Source: Acidobacteriota bacterium
Lineage (GTDB): Bacteria; Acidobacteriota; UBA4820; DSQY01
Direction of reading: 5' to 3'
Assembly: GCA_021813555.1 (NCBI GenBank)
Contig: JAKAKG010000203.1
Span: forward strand, 3,507 to 67,506
Length of the DNA stretch: 64,000 nucleotides
The translations under genes were made by a program, and so were the position numbers. Shown piece after piece: positions 1 through 10,169 of the stretch. The notes beneath the pieces are model-generated. The model did not search any database and was not told the origin of the DNA. It saw nothing but the letters and a program-made list of their open reading frames with translations. Position 1 is the stretch's first letter; each line of letters opens with the position of its first letter.

Positions 1-1554
1 GCCTTCCCCCGCGAAGAGGCGGGCCCTGTGGAAGAGCTCGATGCCGTCCACGCCATAGGGATACCACCACAGCTCCCCGTGTCCCGTGCCCTTCTCCAGC
101 CCCACGAGCTGGGGCGTCGTGAGTTCATGCAGGGACCCCAGCCAGTGGGTCCGGCCCATCCCCGAGGCCTTGACGCCGCCCCACGGGCACTGGGCCTGGC
201 CATGCGTGGAGGAGGAGTCGTTCACCCAGACGGAGCCCACGTGCAGGCGGCGGGCCAGGGCCTCTCCCGCGCTCAGGCCGGCGGTCCACACGGAGGCCGA
301 GAGGCCGAAGGCCGTGTCGTTGCACCAGCGGACGGCCTCGTCCAGGTCGTCGTAGGCCACCATGGGGATCACGGGACCGAAGGTTTCCTCGCGCATGAGG
401 GTGCAGTCCAGGGGCACATCCGTGAGGACGGCGGGCTCGAAGAAAAAGCCGGGGCCGGGCCGCCGCCTGCCTCCGCACAGCAGGCGCGCTCCCTTGGACA
501 CGGCGTCCTGAACCTGCTCTTCCACCCTCGCGAGCTGGTCTTCCGAGATGAGAGGTCCCACCTGGACCGTCTCATCCATGCCCGGGCCCACCTTGAGGCC
601 TTCGACCCTGGCGGCCACGTCCTCGGCGAAGCGGGGCATCCATGACCTGGGTACGAAGTAGCGCTCGGAGGAGGAGCAGGCCTGCCCCGAGCCGAAGAGC
701 CCGCTCCACACGGCGCCCTTCACGGTTCTCTCGTAGGGCGCGTCGGGCAGGACGAGAAAGGCGTCCTTCCCCCCCAGCTCCATCTCCGCGGGGATGAGCC
801 TGGGGCCCAGGCGGGCCTGGATGGACCGGCCGGCCCCCGTGGACCCTGTGAAAAGGAGGCCGTCGAGGGGACACTCCACCAGGAAGGCCCCCGTCTCTTT
901 CCCGCCGGTGACCATGTTGAACACGCCGGGAGGCAACCCTGCCCTGTGAAACAGGGTGGCGATTTTCACGCCCACCAGGGGCGTCAGCTCGGAGGGTTTG
1001 AACACCACCGTATTGCCCGCCGCCAGGGCGGCCACGATCTGCCCCATGGGGATGGCGAGGGGAAAATTCCAGGGCGAGATGACTCCCACGACGCCCAAGG
1101 GCACCCGCCTGACCGTGAGACGCCTGGCCCACAGGGCCGGGTTGGTGGCCTTCACGCGCCGGTCCGCCAGGTAGGCCTCGCCGCCCTTCAGGAGGCCCGT
1201 GAGGAAGTCCACCGAGTCTCCCACGTCCGCGAAATGGGATTCCAGGAGGGGCTTTCCGTTCTCCTGGGTGATGAGCGAGGCGAGCACGTCGCCTTCCTGA
1301 ATGAGGAGGCTCCGGACCACGTCCAGATACCCGAAGCGCTTGCGCGCGGAGAGGGCCGCCCAGGGCCCCGAGGCTTGGCGGGCGGCGAAGACCGCCGATT
1401 CCACGTCCTGCTGGTTGCACAGGGGCACGGACCCGATCACCTCGCCCGTGGCGGGATTGAGGCTTTCGATCCGCTCGTCCTTCTCGTACCACGCTCCGCC
1501 CATGAGGACGCGGCCCTGGACCTGGCTTTCGGGGCAGGCAGGGGAGTTATTCAT
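1..1554 (-). CDS. NAD(P)-dependent aldehyde dehydrogenase, partial (C-terminus lies beyond the window start)
   Basis: Manual reverse-strand translation from ATG at 1554 gives MNNSPACPESQVQGRVLMGGAWYEKDERIESLNPATGEVIGSVP. It contains ENGKPL, ELGGKDAFLV, FGSGQACSSSER (catalytic Cys) and EETFGPV motifs with no stop down to position 1. Missing from the ORF track because it runs off the edge. Confidence 0.9.
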   Translation of the reverse strand, partial: MNNSPACPESQVQGRVLMGGAWYEKDERIESLNPATGEVIGSVPLCNQQDVESAVFAARQASGPWAALSARKRFGYLDVVRSLLIQEGDVLASLITQENGKPLLESHFADVGDSVDFLTGLLKGGEAYLADRRVKATNPALWARRLTVRRVPLGVVGVISPWNFPLAIPMGQIVAALAAGNTVVFKPSELTPLVGVKIATLFHRAGLPPGVFNMVTGGKETGAFLVECPLDGLLFTGSTGAGRSIQARLGPRLIPAEMELGGKDAFLVLPDAPYERTVKGAVWSGLFGSGQACSSSERYFVPRSWMPRFAEDVAARVEGLKVGPGMDETVQVGPLISEDQLARVEEQVQDAVSKGARLLCGGRRRPGPGFFFEPAVLTDVPLDCTLMREETFGPVIPMVAYDDLDEAVRWCNDTAFGLSASVWTAGLSAGEALARRLHVGSVWVNDSSSTHGQAQCPWGGVKASGMGRTHWLGSLHELTTPQLVGLEKGTGHGELWWYPYGVDGIELFHRARLFAGEG

Positions 1555-2242
1555 GAGTCAGGGACTGGACGAGGGCAGGGACGCCCTTAGGTGACCAGTC
1601 GGCCGCCCCTTGGGCGGTCCAGGCGATGCGGCCCTCCTTGTCCAAGACGACGGTCGTGGGTATGGCACTCACTCCCAGCGCGTTGGCCAGGCTCGCCGAG
1701 TCCCAGTACACGGTGAATGTGCCTGGAATCTTGGCCAGGAACGGTCCCACGGGGGCCGCGCTGTCGTCCACGGAGACGGGGAGGACGGCCCAAGAGGACT
1801 CGCCGCTGGAAGCCGCGGCGAATTTGGCGAATTCGGGAAACTCGGCCCGGCACGGCGGACACCAAGTGGCCCAGAAATGGAGGACGACCACCTTGCCCTT
1901 GAGCGACTTGAGCGAGACGGAGCGGGAGCCGTCGCCCACCACCTGGACGCTCAGATCGGGGACGCTGGCCCTGCTCGACACCGCCAGGACGCCGCGGACC
2001 GGCGGGCTGGTCCGCATAAGCCCCGATTTGACCAGGTATCCGATCAGCAGGACGGCTGCCGCCGCCATGAGAATCCAGAAAAGCTTGCTTGACGATGGGG
2101 GGGAAGCGGGACGGGATGTCGTAACAGCCATGTATGCCTCCAGACCTGGAATTATCATCCCCCGGTGCTCTTCAGGCAAGGCCCGAAGGGCTTCGTTCGC
2201 GTCCGTTCGGGCGCTTCCGTTCCTTGAGCCCGAGGCGCTCAT
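1547..2242 (-). CDS. Membrane-anchored thioredoxin-fold thiol:disulfide oxidoreductase (TlpA/ResA-like)
   Basis: 231-aa ORF with an N-terminal TM helix and a WATWCPPC thioredoxin active-site motif. Confidence 0.85.
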   Translation of the reverse strand: MSASGSRNGSARTDANEALRALPEEHRGMIIPGLEAYMAVTTSRPASPPSSSKLFWILMAAAAVLLIGYLVKSGLMRTSPPVRGVLAVSSRASVPDLSVQVVGDGSRSVSLKSLKGKVVVLHFWATWCPPCRAEFPEFAKFAAASSGESSWAVLPVSVDDSAAPVGPFLAKIPGTFTVYWDSASLANALGVSAIPTTVVLDKEGRIAWTAQGAADWSPKGVPALVQSLTHE

Positions 2243-2278
2243 GCGCTATGATACGTCAGATTGGGGAAAGGGCGTCCC

Positions 2279-3700
2279 ATGGCCAAACGCGAGCTGGACT
2301 GGTTTACCATCAAATACAAGGACATTTTTTTTATCGTCCTGGGTGTCGCGGCCATCGCCCTGGTGCTCGGCGGCGCCTTCGCCTACTGGAGGTATCAGGG
2401 AAATCCCCAAGTGCGGGCCGAACGCGCCATCGCGAAAGCACAAAGGGCCGTGGAGATGCTCGAAGGGCCCGACGTGGCCGCTGAGATACGGTCGAGCCTC
2501 GACCAGGCCAAGACCATGCTCGGAACGGCGCGGGCCGAGCTGGCGCAGCAACACTACACCAAGGCCATCGCCCTCGCGGGGGACGTGGTGGAAACCCTCA
2601 AGAACGCCCGCAACGCTTCGCCCGAGAGCCAGAAATTCGCGGTCCTGGTGAGCAGCGAAGGGTCGGTGGAGGTGAAGCGCATCGGCGAGCACCTCTTCTC
2701 CACGGCCAAGGAGAACATGATCCTGGAGGACGGCGACATCGTGAAGACGGGCCAGAACGGCCACGCGAGCATCAAGTACCACAACAACCAGGTGGACATC
2801 ATCTCGCCCGACTCCCTCATGGTCATCCAGGCCCTCACGGGCAACCCCAACGGCGGAAGCCGCATCGAGGTGGCGCTGAAACAAGGCCGGGTGGAGACCC
2901 GAACCCCCGAAACCATGACCGCAAAGGATGAAAGCATCATCCTCACGGAAACGACCAAGATCCGTCCGGCGCCCGCCTCCCGCGTGGGCGTGGCCCAAGA
3001 GGCCTCGGGACAGGTCATCACGTCGGTGCTGGCCGGAACGTCCGAGGTGGAGGCGGCGGGGCGCACGCAGAGCGTGGGGGCCGGCGCCACGGGCGTGTCC
3101 ATCATCACATCGGCGTCCCAGTTTTCGGCGCCTGAGCCTCTCATCGTCCCCCCGGCGGCGGACTATCCCAAGGATTTGCAGATCATCCGCGTGGACGACC
3201 CCGCCAGGCACCCCGTCGCATTCGCCTGGAAAGGCGGCGCCACGAAGACCACTGTCTTTGAGATCTCGGCCAAACCGCTCTTCTCCAGCCTTCTGACGCC
3301 CGAGCGGGAAGTCTCCGGGTCCAGCCTCACGGTGGACGGCCTCCCCGCGGGAACCTATTACTGGCGCATCCGGTCCTCCGGAACCGATGAAAAGGCCTAC
3401 TGGTCCCCCATCTACCGGTTCCGCATTCTCCAAGTCTATCAGCGGCCCAAGATCACCCGCGACCTCAAGCTCACCGTGGACGCCACACCCATCGGCGACG
3501 GCGTGATCATCCAAGGGTCCACCGATCCGGGCGTGTCCGTCTCCGTCAACGACCTGGAGATCCCGGTGAACGCCGACGGCTCTTTCAGCAAAATCGTGTT
3601 GTTCTCCGACGTCGGCACCCAGTCCGTGCAGGTGAGGGCCTTCGACGATGAAGGCAACGAAAAAATCTGGCGCAAGGCCTTCCAGTCCGTCGCCTACTAA
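2279..3700 (+). CDS. Membrane-anchored FecR-domain protein (hypothetical)
   Basis: ORF 2261..3700 in the track begins with TTG. The ATG at 2279 has a gggaaaggg SD. The protein has an N-terminal TM segment and a FecR-like beta region (GSVEVKRIGEHLF...EDGDIVKTGQNGHASIKY). Confidence 0.6.
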   Translation: MAKRELDWFTIKYKDIFFIVLGVAAIALVLGGAFAYWRYQGNPQVRAERAIAKAQRAVEMLEGPDVAAEIRSSLDQAKTMLGTARAELAQQHYTKAIALAGDVVETLKNARNASPESQKFAVLVSSEGSVEVKRIGEHLFSTAKENMILEDGDIVKTGQNGHASIKYHNNQVDIISPDSLMVIQALTGNPNGGSRIEVALKQGRVETRTPETMTAKDESIILTETTKIRPAPASRVGVAQEASGQVITSVLAGTSEVEAAGRTQSVGAGATGVSIITSASQFSAPEPLIVPPAADYPKDLQIIRVDDPARHPVAFAWKGGATKTTVFEISAKPLFSSLLTPEREVSGSSLTVDGLPAGTYYWRIRSSGTDEKAYWSPIYRFRILQVYQRPKITRDLKLTVDATPIGDGVIIQGSTDPGVSVSVNDLEIPVNADGSFSKIVLFSDVGTQSVQVRAFDDEGNEKIWRKAFQSVAY

Positions 3701-4778
3701 GGCGCCCGCCCGCCGCGAACCGGCCCAAGGAACGGACGAGCTCGAAGGCCTCAAGGAGGCCTTCCGGATCAAATCCGAGCAGCTCCGCCTCCTGGCCGAA
3801 GTGGTCCGGACCGCCAATTCCATGCTCGAACCCGAGGCCCTCACGGCGTTCATCATGGAGCGGGTTCAGCTGCTCGTTCAGTCGGAGGCCTGGAGCCTGC
3901 TTCTCCTGGACGAATCGGGCCAGAAGCTCACCTTCGCGGAGGCCATGGGGAGCCGCGCCAAACCCCTCAAGGAGGTCAGCCTGAAGCTGGGAGAGGGGAT
4001 CGCCGGAACCGTGGCCCAGACGGGCCGCCCCATGCTGGTCAACGACGCCCCCCGCAACGCCCTGTTCAGCCCCAAGATGGACCGGATGACGGGCTTTACC
4101 ACGCGCTCCGTCCTGTGCGTGCCCCTCAGGAGCCGGGGCAAGACCCTGGGCGTCCTCGAGATGATGAACAAGAGCGGATCAAGGGGATTTACGGAGGCGG
4201 ACCTGGAAACGACCCACATGTTCGCCGAAATGGTGGGGATCGCCCTGGAAAACGCCTTCGCCTTCCAGCGGATCAAGCTCCTCAGCCTCGTGGACGACTT
4301 GACGCAGCTCTACAACTCCCGCTACCTCCACCAGGCCCTGGCCGTGGAAATCACCCGCGCCAAACGTTACAGCTACGCCGTCTCGCTGATCTTCCTGGAC
4401 CTGGACGGATTCAAATCCGTCAACGACCGCTACGGCCACCTCGTGGGCAGCCAGACCCTCAAGGTCGTGGGACAGATCCTCAAGGAGCGGGTCCGCAACG
4501 TGGACATCGTAGCCCGGTACGGAGGGGACGAGTTCACCGTCATTCTGCCCAATACCGACTTGGAGGCGAGCACCATGGTCGCGGAGCGCCTCCGCAGGGC
4601 CGTCGAAAAGCACGATTACCGAAAGGAGCCCGGCCGCGACTTTACCCTCTCAGCCAGTTTTGGCATCGCGGGGTTCCCCAAACACGGGGACGACCCCGAA
4701 CTGCTCATTCAAAAAGCCGATCAAGCCATGTACCGCGTGAAAGAGAGCACGAAGAACGGCTACGCCGTCTTTGACTAG
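3648..4778 (+). CDS. GAF domain-containing diguanylate cyclase (GGDEF)
   Basis: 376-aa ORF with a GAF-like region followed by a GGDEF domain with an intact RYGGDEF motif. The start is uncertain because it overlaps the upstream ORF by 53 nt. Confidence 0.85.
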   Translation: MKATKKSGARPSSPSPTKAPARREPAQGTDELEGLKEAFRIKSEQLRLLAEVVRTANSMLEPEALTAFIMERVQLLVQSEAWSLLLLDESGQKLTFAEAMGSRAKPLKEVSLKLGEGIAGTVAQTGRPMLVNDAPRNALFSPKMDRMTGFTTRSVLCVPLRSRGKTLGVLEMMNKSGSRGFTEADLETTHMFAEMVGIALENAFAFQRIKLLSLVDDLTQLYNSRYLHQALAVEITRAKRYSYAVSLIFLDLDGFKSVNDRYGHLVGSQTLKVVGQILKERVRNVDIVARYGGDEFTVILPNTDLEASTMVAERLRRAVEKHDYRKEPGRDFTLSASFGIAGFPKHGDDPELLIQKADQAMYRVKESTKNGYAVFD

Positions 4779-4786
4779 GAGCCCCT

Positions 4787-5818
4787 ATGCCCTTCAGTTT
4801 CCGATCGCCCTTCTCCTTCCTCTCCAACGACCTCGCTATCGACCTCGGGACGGCCATCACGCTCGTCTACGTCAAGGGAAAAGGCATCGTGGTGCGAGAG
4901 CCCTCCATCATCGCCATCAACCAGAAGAACGGCAAGGTGGAGGCCGTGGGCACCGAGGCCAAGGAGATGCTCGGCAAGACGCCCGGCAATATCGTGGCCA
5001 TCCGCCCCATGCGCGACGGCGTCATCGCCGACTTCGAGCACACGGAGCGCATGCTGGATTACTTCATCAAGAAGGCCCACAACCGGCGGGTCGTGGTGCG
5101 CCCCCGCATCGTCATCTGCATCCCCAGCCAGATCACCCAGGTGGAGAAGCGCGCCGTGCGCGATTCGGCCTACAGGGCCAAAGCGTCCGAGGTGGTCCTC
5201 GTGGAGGAACCCATGGCCGCCGCCATCGGCGCGGGCATGCCCATCACGGAGCCCACGGGCAACATGATCGTTGACATAGGCGGCGGAACGACGGACGTGG
5301 CTGTCATCTCCATGGCGGGCATCGTCTACTCCCGGACCGTCCGCGTGGCGGGGAACGAGATGGACGAAGCCCTCGTCCAGTTCATGAAAAAGCGTTACAA
5401 CCTCGCCATAGGAGACCGCACCGCCGAGGAACTGAAGATTCGGCTGGGTTCGGCCTACCCCCTGGACAAGGAAGAGTCCATGGAGGTGAAAGGCCGCGAC
5501 CTCATCGACGGCATCCCCAAAACCCTGGTGGTGAGCTCCGAGGAAGTGCGCGAGGCCCTCTCCGAAACCGTGGGCGTCATCATCGACGCGGTCCGCCAGG
5601 CCCTCGAACAGACACCCCCCGAACTGGCCGCGGATATCGTGGACCGGGGCATCGTCCTCACGGGTGGCGGGGCTCTCCTCCGAAACCTGGACAAGCGCCT
5701 TCGGGAAGAGACGGGCCTTCCCGTCCTGATCGCCGACGATCCCCTCTCCTCGGTCTGCCTGGGAGCGGGCAAGATGCTCGACGACTTCGAGCTGCTCAAG
5801 CGCGTCGCCGTAGAGTAA
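4787..5818 (+). CDS. mreB: Rod shape-determining actin homolog MreB
   Basis: 343 aa, typical MreB sequence (DLGTANTLVYVKGKGIV..., IADFE, GGGTTD). Confidence 0.95.
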   Translation: MPFSFRSPFSFLSNDLAIDLGTAITLVYVKGKGIVVREPSIIAINQKNGKVEAVGTEAKEMLGKTPGNIVAIRPMRDGVIADFEHTERMLDYFIKKAHNRRVVVRPRIVICIPSQITQVEKRAVRDSAYRAKASEVVLVEEPMAAAIGAGMPITEPTGNMIVDIGGGTTDVAVISMAGIVYSRTVRVAGNEMDEALVQFMKKRYNLAIGDRTAEELKIRLGSAYPLDKEESMEVKGRDLIDGIPKTLVVSSEEVREALSETVGVIIDAVRQALEQTPPELAADIVDRGIVLTGGGALLRNLDKRLREETGLPVLIADDPLSSVCLGAGKMLDDFELLKRVAVE

Positions 5819-6630
5819 TGGACCTCCGACCCACGGCCCGGCGCCCGGAGATCGCTCTCTGCCTCCTCGTGCTGGGTTTCTTTGTCTTGCTTACCTTCCA
5901 GGCGCGGCAGGGCAGCCGGTCTGTCCTGGGCAACATGGCGCTGGCCGCCTTCGGGCCCCTCCTCTCGGCCTACGATTCGGCGTCCCGCCTCACGCGCGAA
6001 GGGTTGCAGGCGTACCTCTGGCAGAAGAACGCGGCCCTGGAATCGGAGAACCTGGCCGCGGAGAACCGGAGCCTCCAAGGGCAACTGGAACTGGCCCGGC
6101 CGCTGGAAAAGGAAGTGCTGACCTTGCGGGAGCTGCTCCAAGCCCCCAAGCCGCAGGGCTATCAGGTGATCGGCGCCCGCGCACTGACCGCGTACGGCGC
6201 CCCTTTCAGCCGCTACCTCCTGGTCTCCTGCGACGCCCGCTTTCTCATCCCGGAGGGGACGCCCGTGATGGGCCCAGGCGGGGCCGTGGGCCACGTGCAG
6301 GGCGCGAGCGGCACCCTCCACAAGGTCATCCTGCTCACGGACCCCAGCAGCGCCGTGGGAGTCGCGTCGGAGCGGGCCGGGGTCAAGGGGGTCGCCGTAG
6401 GGAAAGGGACCGACATGGAAATCCGCTGGATCTCCAACGAATCGGACGTGCGCGTGGGCGACATGTTTGTGACCTCCGGCGAGGACGGGGTTTTCCCCCC
6501 CGGATTGCGCGTGGGCACGGCCGTCTCCGTGGAGGACGGCGGCGACTACCTGAAGAAGATCACCCTGAGCCCCAGCTCCAAGATGGATCAGCTCACGTGG
6601 GTACTCCTGTTGAGGAAAACCGTTGGCTAA
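5818..6630 (+). CDS. mreC: Rod shape-determining protein MreC
   Basis: 270 aa with an N-terminal TM helix, coiled coil and MreC beta-domain. Start overlaps the mreB stop (TAATG). Confidence 0.85.
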   Translation: MDLRPTARRPEIALCLLVLGFFVLLTFQARQGSRSVLGNMALAAFGPLLSAYDSASRLTREGLQAYLWQKNAALESENLAAENRSLQGQLELARPLEKEVLTLRELLQAPKPQGYQVIGARALTAYGAPFSRYLLVSCDARFLIPEGTPVMGPGGAVGHVQGASGTLHKVILLTDPSSAVGVASERAGVKGVAVGKGTDMEIRWISNESDVRVGDMFVTSGEDGVFPPGLRVGTAVSVEDGGDYLKKITLSPSSKMDQLTWVLLLRKTVG

Positions 6631-7105
6631 GCGCCTGATCCCGGTCCTCGTGCTCCTCCTCCTGGCGGCGGGCGTTCAGACCCTCATCCCGCTCATTTCA
6701 GGAGACCTGACCATCGCCAATCCCTACCTGGCCGTCCTGGTGCCCCTCGCCATGCGCAGCGGCAAGATGGGGGGGGTGTTGTGGGGAGCCGTTCTGGGAA
6801 CCGTAAGCGACGCCTACTTCTCGCCCTTCGTGGGCTTCCACGGCCTTTCCTTCTGCGTTCTCGGGTACGTTTTGGGATGGATGGGCGGCAAGCTCCTCAT
6901 CGGCGGCATCCTGCCCATGGCCATATTTGCCTGGGCGGCCTACGTTCTGGATGCGGCGGCCGTGGCGGGCCTGTACCTGTTGCTGGGCCTGCCCCTTGCC
7001 TCGCCGTTTTGGGTTTTCGTCCTGCTGGGGAGCCTGATCACGGCGGCGCTTACCGCTCTTTTCGAACCCGTGGCCCGGCGCCTCTACCGGAAGGACCAAG
7101 CATGA
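6623..7105 (+). CDS. mreD: Rod shape-determining protein MreD
   Basis: 160-aa polytopic membrane protein immediately after mreC, overlapping it by 8 nt. Confidence 0.75.
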   Translation: MAKRLIPVLVLLLLAAGVQTLIPLISGDLTIANPYLAVLVPLAMRSGKMGGVLWGAVLGTVSDAYFSPFVGFHGLSFCVLGYVLGWMGGKLLIGGILPMAIFAWAAYVLDAAAVAGLYLLLGLPLASPFWVFVLLGSLITAALTALFEPVARRLYRKDQA

Positions 7106-9063
7106 ACCTCCCGCTGGACTCGGGTCTGCCCGCCAAGACGGCCTTCCTCAGAGTCGGGCTCTGGACCGTGTTCCTCCTGTTCGCCCTGCGCCTTTTTTAC
7201 CTCCAGGTGCTGCACGGGGACTACTACCGAACCCTGAGCGAGAACAACTACACCCGTACCATCGTGCTCCGAAGCCCGAGAGGCATGCTCCTGGACCGCA
7301 ACGGCAAGGTCCTGTGCCGCAACCGGGTCAGCTTCTCTCTGGTCCTGGACGCGGCGCGGGGAGGCTCCATCGACGAGACCATCTCGGCCATGAGGCGCAT
7401 CCTGGACTTCACCATGGACCGGGCCCAGGTGGACGCCGCCCTTCGCCGGAGCCCCGTGGCATCCCTCGCCGTGCTGGCCAGGGACGTACCTCCCTCCTGG
7501 CTCCAGAAGATCGAAGCCCACCAGCAGGAGCTCAACATGCTCCGCATCGAGATGGAGCTCAGGCGGGACTATCCCTACGGCCTCTATGCCGGCCACGCTT
7601 TGGGTTACGTAGGCCTCCTCTCGCCCGAGGACGCCGAGCGCATGAAGATCAAGGAAACGGACCCCTTCATCGAAGTGGGCAAGTCGGGAGTGGAGAAGAC
7701 CGCCAACGTTCGTCTCATGGGGGTGAACGGCCGGAGGACCGCCCAAGTCAACAGCCTGGGCCGCGAGGTCGAGGACCCCAAACTGCGCCTTCCGGGCGTG
7801 GGCATCCAGGAGGATCCCGTACCGGGCAAGCCGCTCAACCTGAATCTCGACATGGACCTCCAGACCATCCTGGAGAATGCCTTCGCGGGGGAGACGGGCT
7901 CGGCGGTCTTCATGAATCCCAACACCGGCGAGATCCTGGCCTGGGTGAGCGAGCCCGAGTTCAACCCCAATCTCTTCTCCGGAACCGTGAGCGCCTCCGC
8001 GTGGAAGGACTTGGTGAACGACCCCGCGCGCCCTCTTCTGAACCGCCCCATCCAGGGTGCCTATCCTCCTGGCTCCACCTTCAAACCCTTCGTGGCCCTC
8101 GTGGGCCTGCAGGAGGGCCTCCTCTCCGCGAGCACGGTGTTTACCTGCGGAGGCGTGTGGGACTACGGCGGCCACCCCTTCCACTGCTGGAGCAAAGGCC
8201 ACGGCACCATCGACCTCATCACCGCCATCCAGAACTCCTGCAACATATACTTCTACCACGCGGGAGACCGCATCGGCATCGAGCGGCTGGACAAATGGGG
8301 ACGCCTTTTTGGCCTGGGACGTAAGACCGGCGTGGACTTGCCCGGCGAGACGAGCGGCGTCCTCGGCTCGCCTGAGTGGAAGGCGAAGCGGGGCCTGGGC
8401 CCGTGGTATCCGGGGGAAACGCTGCCCGTCAGCATCGGCCAGGGGTATCTTACGGTCACCCCTCTCCAGCTCCTGAGCTTTTACTCCACCCTCGCCACGG
8501 GAGGAACGCGCTACCGGCCCAGGCTCATATCGGGCCCCCCCGAGGTCCTCAGCACGGTGGAAGTCTCACCCGAAGCGCTCGGCGTCGTGAAGGAGGGACT
8601 CGCCAGGGTCGTGAGCAGCGGCACGGGGAAGGGATGCCAGATTCCCGGCGTGGAGGTGTGCGCCAAAACGGGAACGGCTCAGGTGGTGCAGGCCAGCTCT
8701 GGAAAGAACACCTACTCTCTCGACAAGGCCGAGCGGGACCACGCGTGGATCGCCGGGTTCGCCCCGCGCAGCAACCCCACGGTGGCCTTCGTGGTCATGG
8801 TGGAGCACGGCGGCCACGGCGGCGACGTGGGAGCCAAGATCGCCAAGGCCGGCCTGGAGTATCTCTTCCTCGGCAAGAAGCCCGGAGAGGTGATCGGACC
8901 GCCCAAGCCGCCTTCCGCGTCTCCCCCGCCCCTGGCGGAGCCGGAAATCCCCACGGACCTGCCTCCCGAGGTTCCGCCTCCCCCGCCAGAACAGCCCACG
9001 CCCGAAGGCATCCCCCAGGGGACCCTTCAGGACCAGAACGGGCCCGCGGGGGTGCGCCCATGA
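7102..9063 (+). CDS. mrdA: Penicillin-binding protein 2 (peptidoglycan D,D-transpeptidase) with Pro-rich C-terminal tail
   Basis: ATG at 7102 overlaps the mreD stop (ATGA). It has an N-terminal TM helix and a transpeptidase domain (STFKP, SCN, KTGT). The track ORF 6781..9063 carries a spurious N-terminal extension. The C-terminus is a 50-aa proline-rich tail. Confidence 0.9.
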   Translation: MNLPLDSGLPAKTAFLRVGLWTVFLLFALRLFYLQVLHGDYYRTLSENNYTRTIVLRSPRGMLLDRNGKVLCRNRVSFSLVLDAARGGSIDETISAMRRILDFTMDRAQVDAALRRSPVASLAVLARDVPPSWLQKIEAHQQELNMLRIEMELRRDYPYGLYAGHALGYVGLLSPEDAERMKIKETDPFIEVGKSGVEKTANVRLMGVNGRRTAQVNSLGREVEDPKLRLPGVGIQEDPVPGKPLNLNLDMDLQTILENAFAGETGSAVFMNPNTGEILAWVSEPEFNPNLFSGTVSASAWKDLVNDPARPLLNRPIQGAYPPGSTFKPFVALVGLQEGLLSASTVFTCGGVWDYGGHPFHCWSKGHGTIDLITAIQNSCNIYFYHAGDRIGIERLDKWGRLFGLGRKTGVDLPGETSGVLGSPEWKAKRGLGPWYPGETLPVSIGQGYLTVTPLQLLSFYSTLATGGTRYRPRLISGPPEVLSTVEVSPEALGVVKEGLARVVSSGTGKGCQIPGVEVCAKTGTAQVVQASSGKNTYSLDKAERDHAWIAGFAPRSNPTVAFVVMVEHGGHGGDVGAKIAKAGLEYLFLGKKPGEVIGPPKPPSASPPPLAEPEIPTDLPPEVPPPPPEQPTPEGIPQGTLQDQNGPAGVRP

Positions 9064-10169
9064 AGAACACGCTCAAGGCGTATATCGCCTACGGCGACCA
9101 TCTCACCACGCTCTTGTTCCTCGTCCTTCTGGCTGGCGGAGCGGTGATGGTGCGCTCGGCCACCTTCGGCACCAAGTTCGCGCCCCTCGCCGAGCGCCAG
9201 ACCACGTGGTGCGTCGTGGCCATCGCCGCCTATGTCCTGGCCACCCTCGTCCCCTACGAAGTCTGGATCGAATACAGCTACATCCTCTACGGGCTGTGCA
9301 TCGTGGTGCTCCTGGGCGTCATGATCTTCGGGCACTCCGTGGCGGGCTCCCGGTCGTGGTTCGTCCTGGGCCCGGTGGGATTCCAGCCCTCGGAGCTCGC
9401 CAAGGTGGCCGCGGCCCTCGCCGGCGCGGGCTATATTAAAGATCTCTCGCACAAGGTGATCGGGATCAAGGAATTCTCCATCCTCACGGGCATCATCGCC
9501 CTTCCCATGCTGCTCACGCTCCTCCAGCCGGACTTTGGCACCGCCACCACTTTCCTGCCCATGATCCTCGCGGCCTTCTACCTGAGCCGAATGGGCCTGA
9601 GCCAGATCCTCAAGTGGGCGGCGCTGGCGGCCGCCCTGGGAGGTGTGGTCTTCGTGCTGGGCTGGTTCACGTTCTTCAAGCCCTACCAGAAGGAGCGCGT
9701 CCTTACCTTCCTCAATCCCGCATCGGACACCCGCGGCGCGGGCTATCAGGTGCACCAGGCGAGAATCGCCGTGGGGTCGGGAGAGCTGACGGGCAAGGGA
9801 CTCTATTCGGGCACCCAGAACCGCCTCAATTTTCTTCCGGCACCCCACACCGACTTCATCTTCGGCGTCATCTGCGAGGAGACGGGTTTTCTGGGCGCCG
9901 TGGCCCTCCTGGCGATCTTTTTCGCCCTATTGGGGCGGTTTCTCAGCACCCTCCTGGTGGCGCGGGACATGGAGGGCCGCTTTCTGGTGCTCTGCGCCTT
10001 CTCGGTGATCCTCTATCATCTCTTCATCAACGTGGGCATGGTCATCGGCCTCGTGCCGACCACGGGCATTCCCCTGCCCTTTCTCTCCTACGGCGGGTCC
10101 TCCCTGGTGGGCCTCAGCCTCTTCGTGGGCTTGGCGGCCAATGTCCGCGCTCACCGGTTTGTACGATGA
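9060..10169 (+). CDS. rodA: Peptidoglycan glycosyltransferase RodA (SEDS family)
   Basis: ATG at 9060 overlaps the mrdA stop (ATGA). It is a 369-aa polytopic protein with SEDS motifs (PSELAK, DFIF, LPFLSYGGSS). Confidence 0.9.
   Translation: MKNTLKAYIAYGDHLTTLLFLVLLAGGAVMVRSATFGTKFAPLAERQTTWCVVAIAAYVLATLVPYEVWIEYSYILYGLCIVVLLGVMIFGHSVAGSRSWFVLGPVGFQPSELAKVAAALAGAGYIKDLSHKVIGIKEFSILTGIIALPMLLTLLQPDFGTATTFLPMILAAFYLSRMGLSQILKWAALAAALGGVVFVLGWFTFFKPYQKERVLTFLNPASDTRGAGYQVHQARIAVGSGELTGKGLYSGTQNRLNFLPAPHTDFIFGVICEETGFLGAVALLAIFFALLGRFLSTLLVARDMEGRFLVLCAFSVILYHLFINVGMVIGLVPTTGIPLPFLSYGGSSLVGLSLFVGLAANVRAHRFVR

Noticed and set aside
2246-3856. 536-aa minus-strand ORF
   Set aside because: It is antisense to the FecR-domain and GAF-GGDEF genes and has low-complexity composition.
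6781-9063. Track ORF giving PBP2 a 107-aa N-terminal extension
   Set aside because: The extension overlaps mreD in another frame. The ATG at 7102 forms an ATGA overlap with the mreD stop, and it begins with the expected TM helix.
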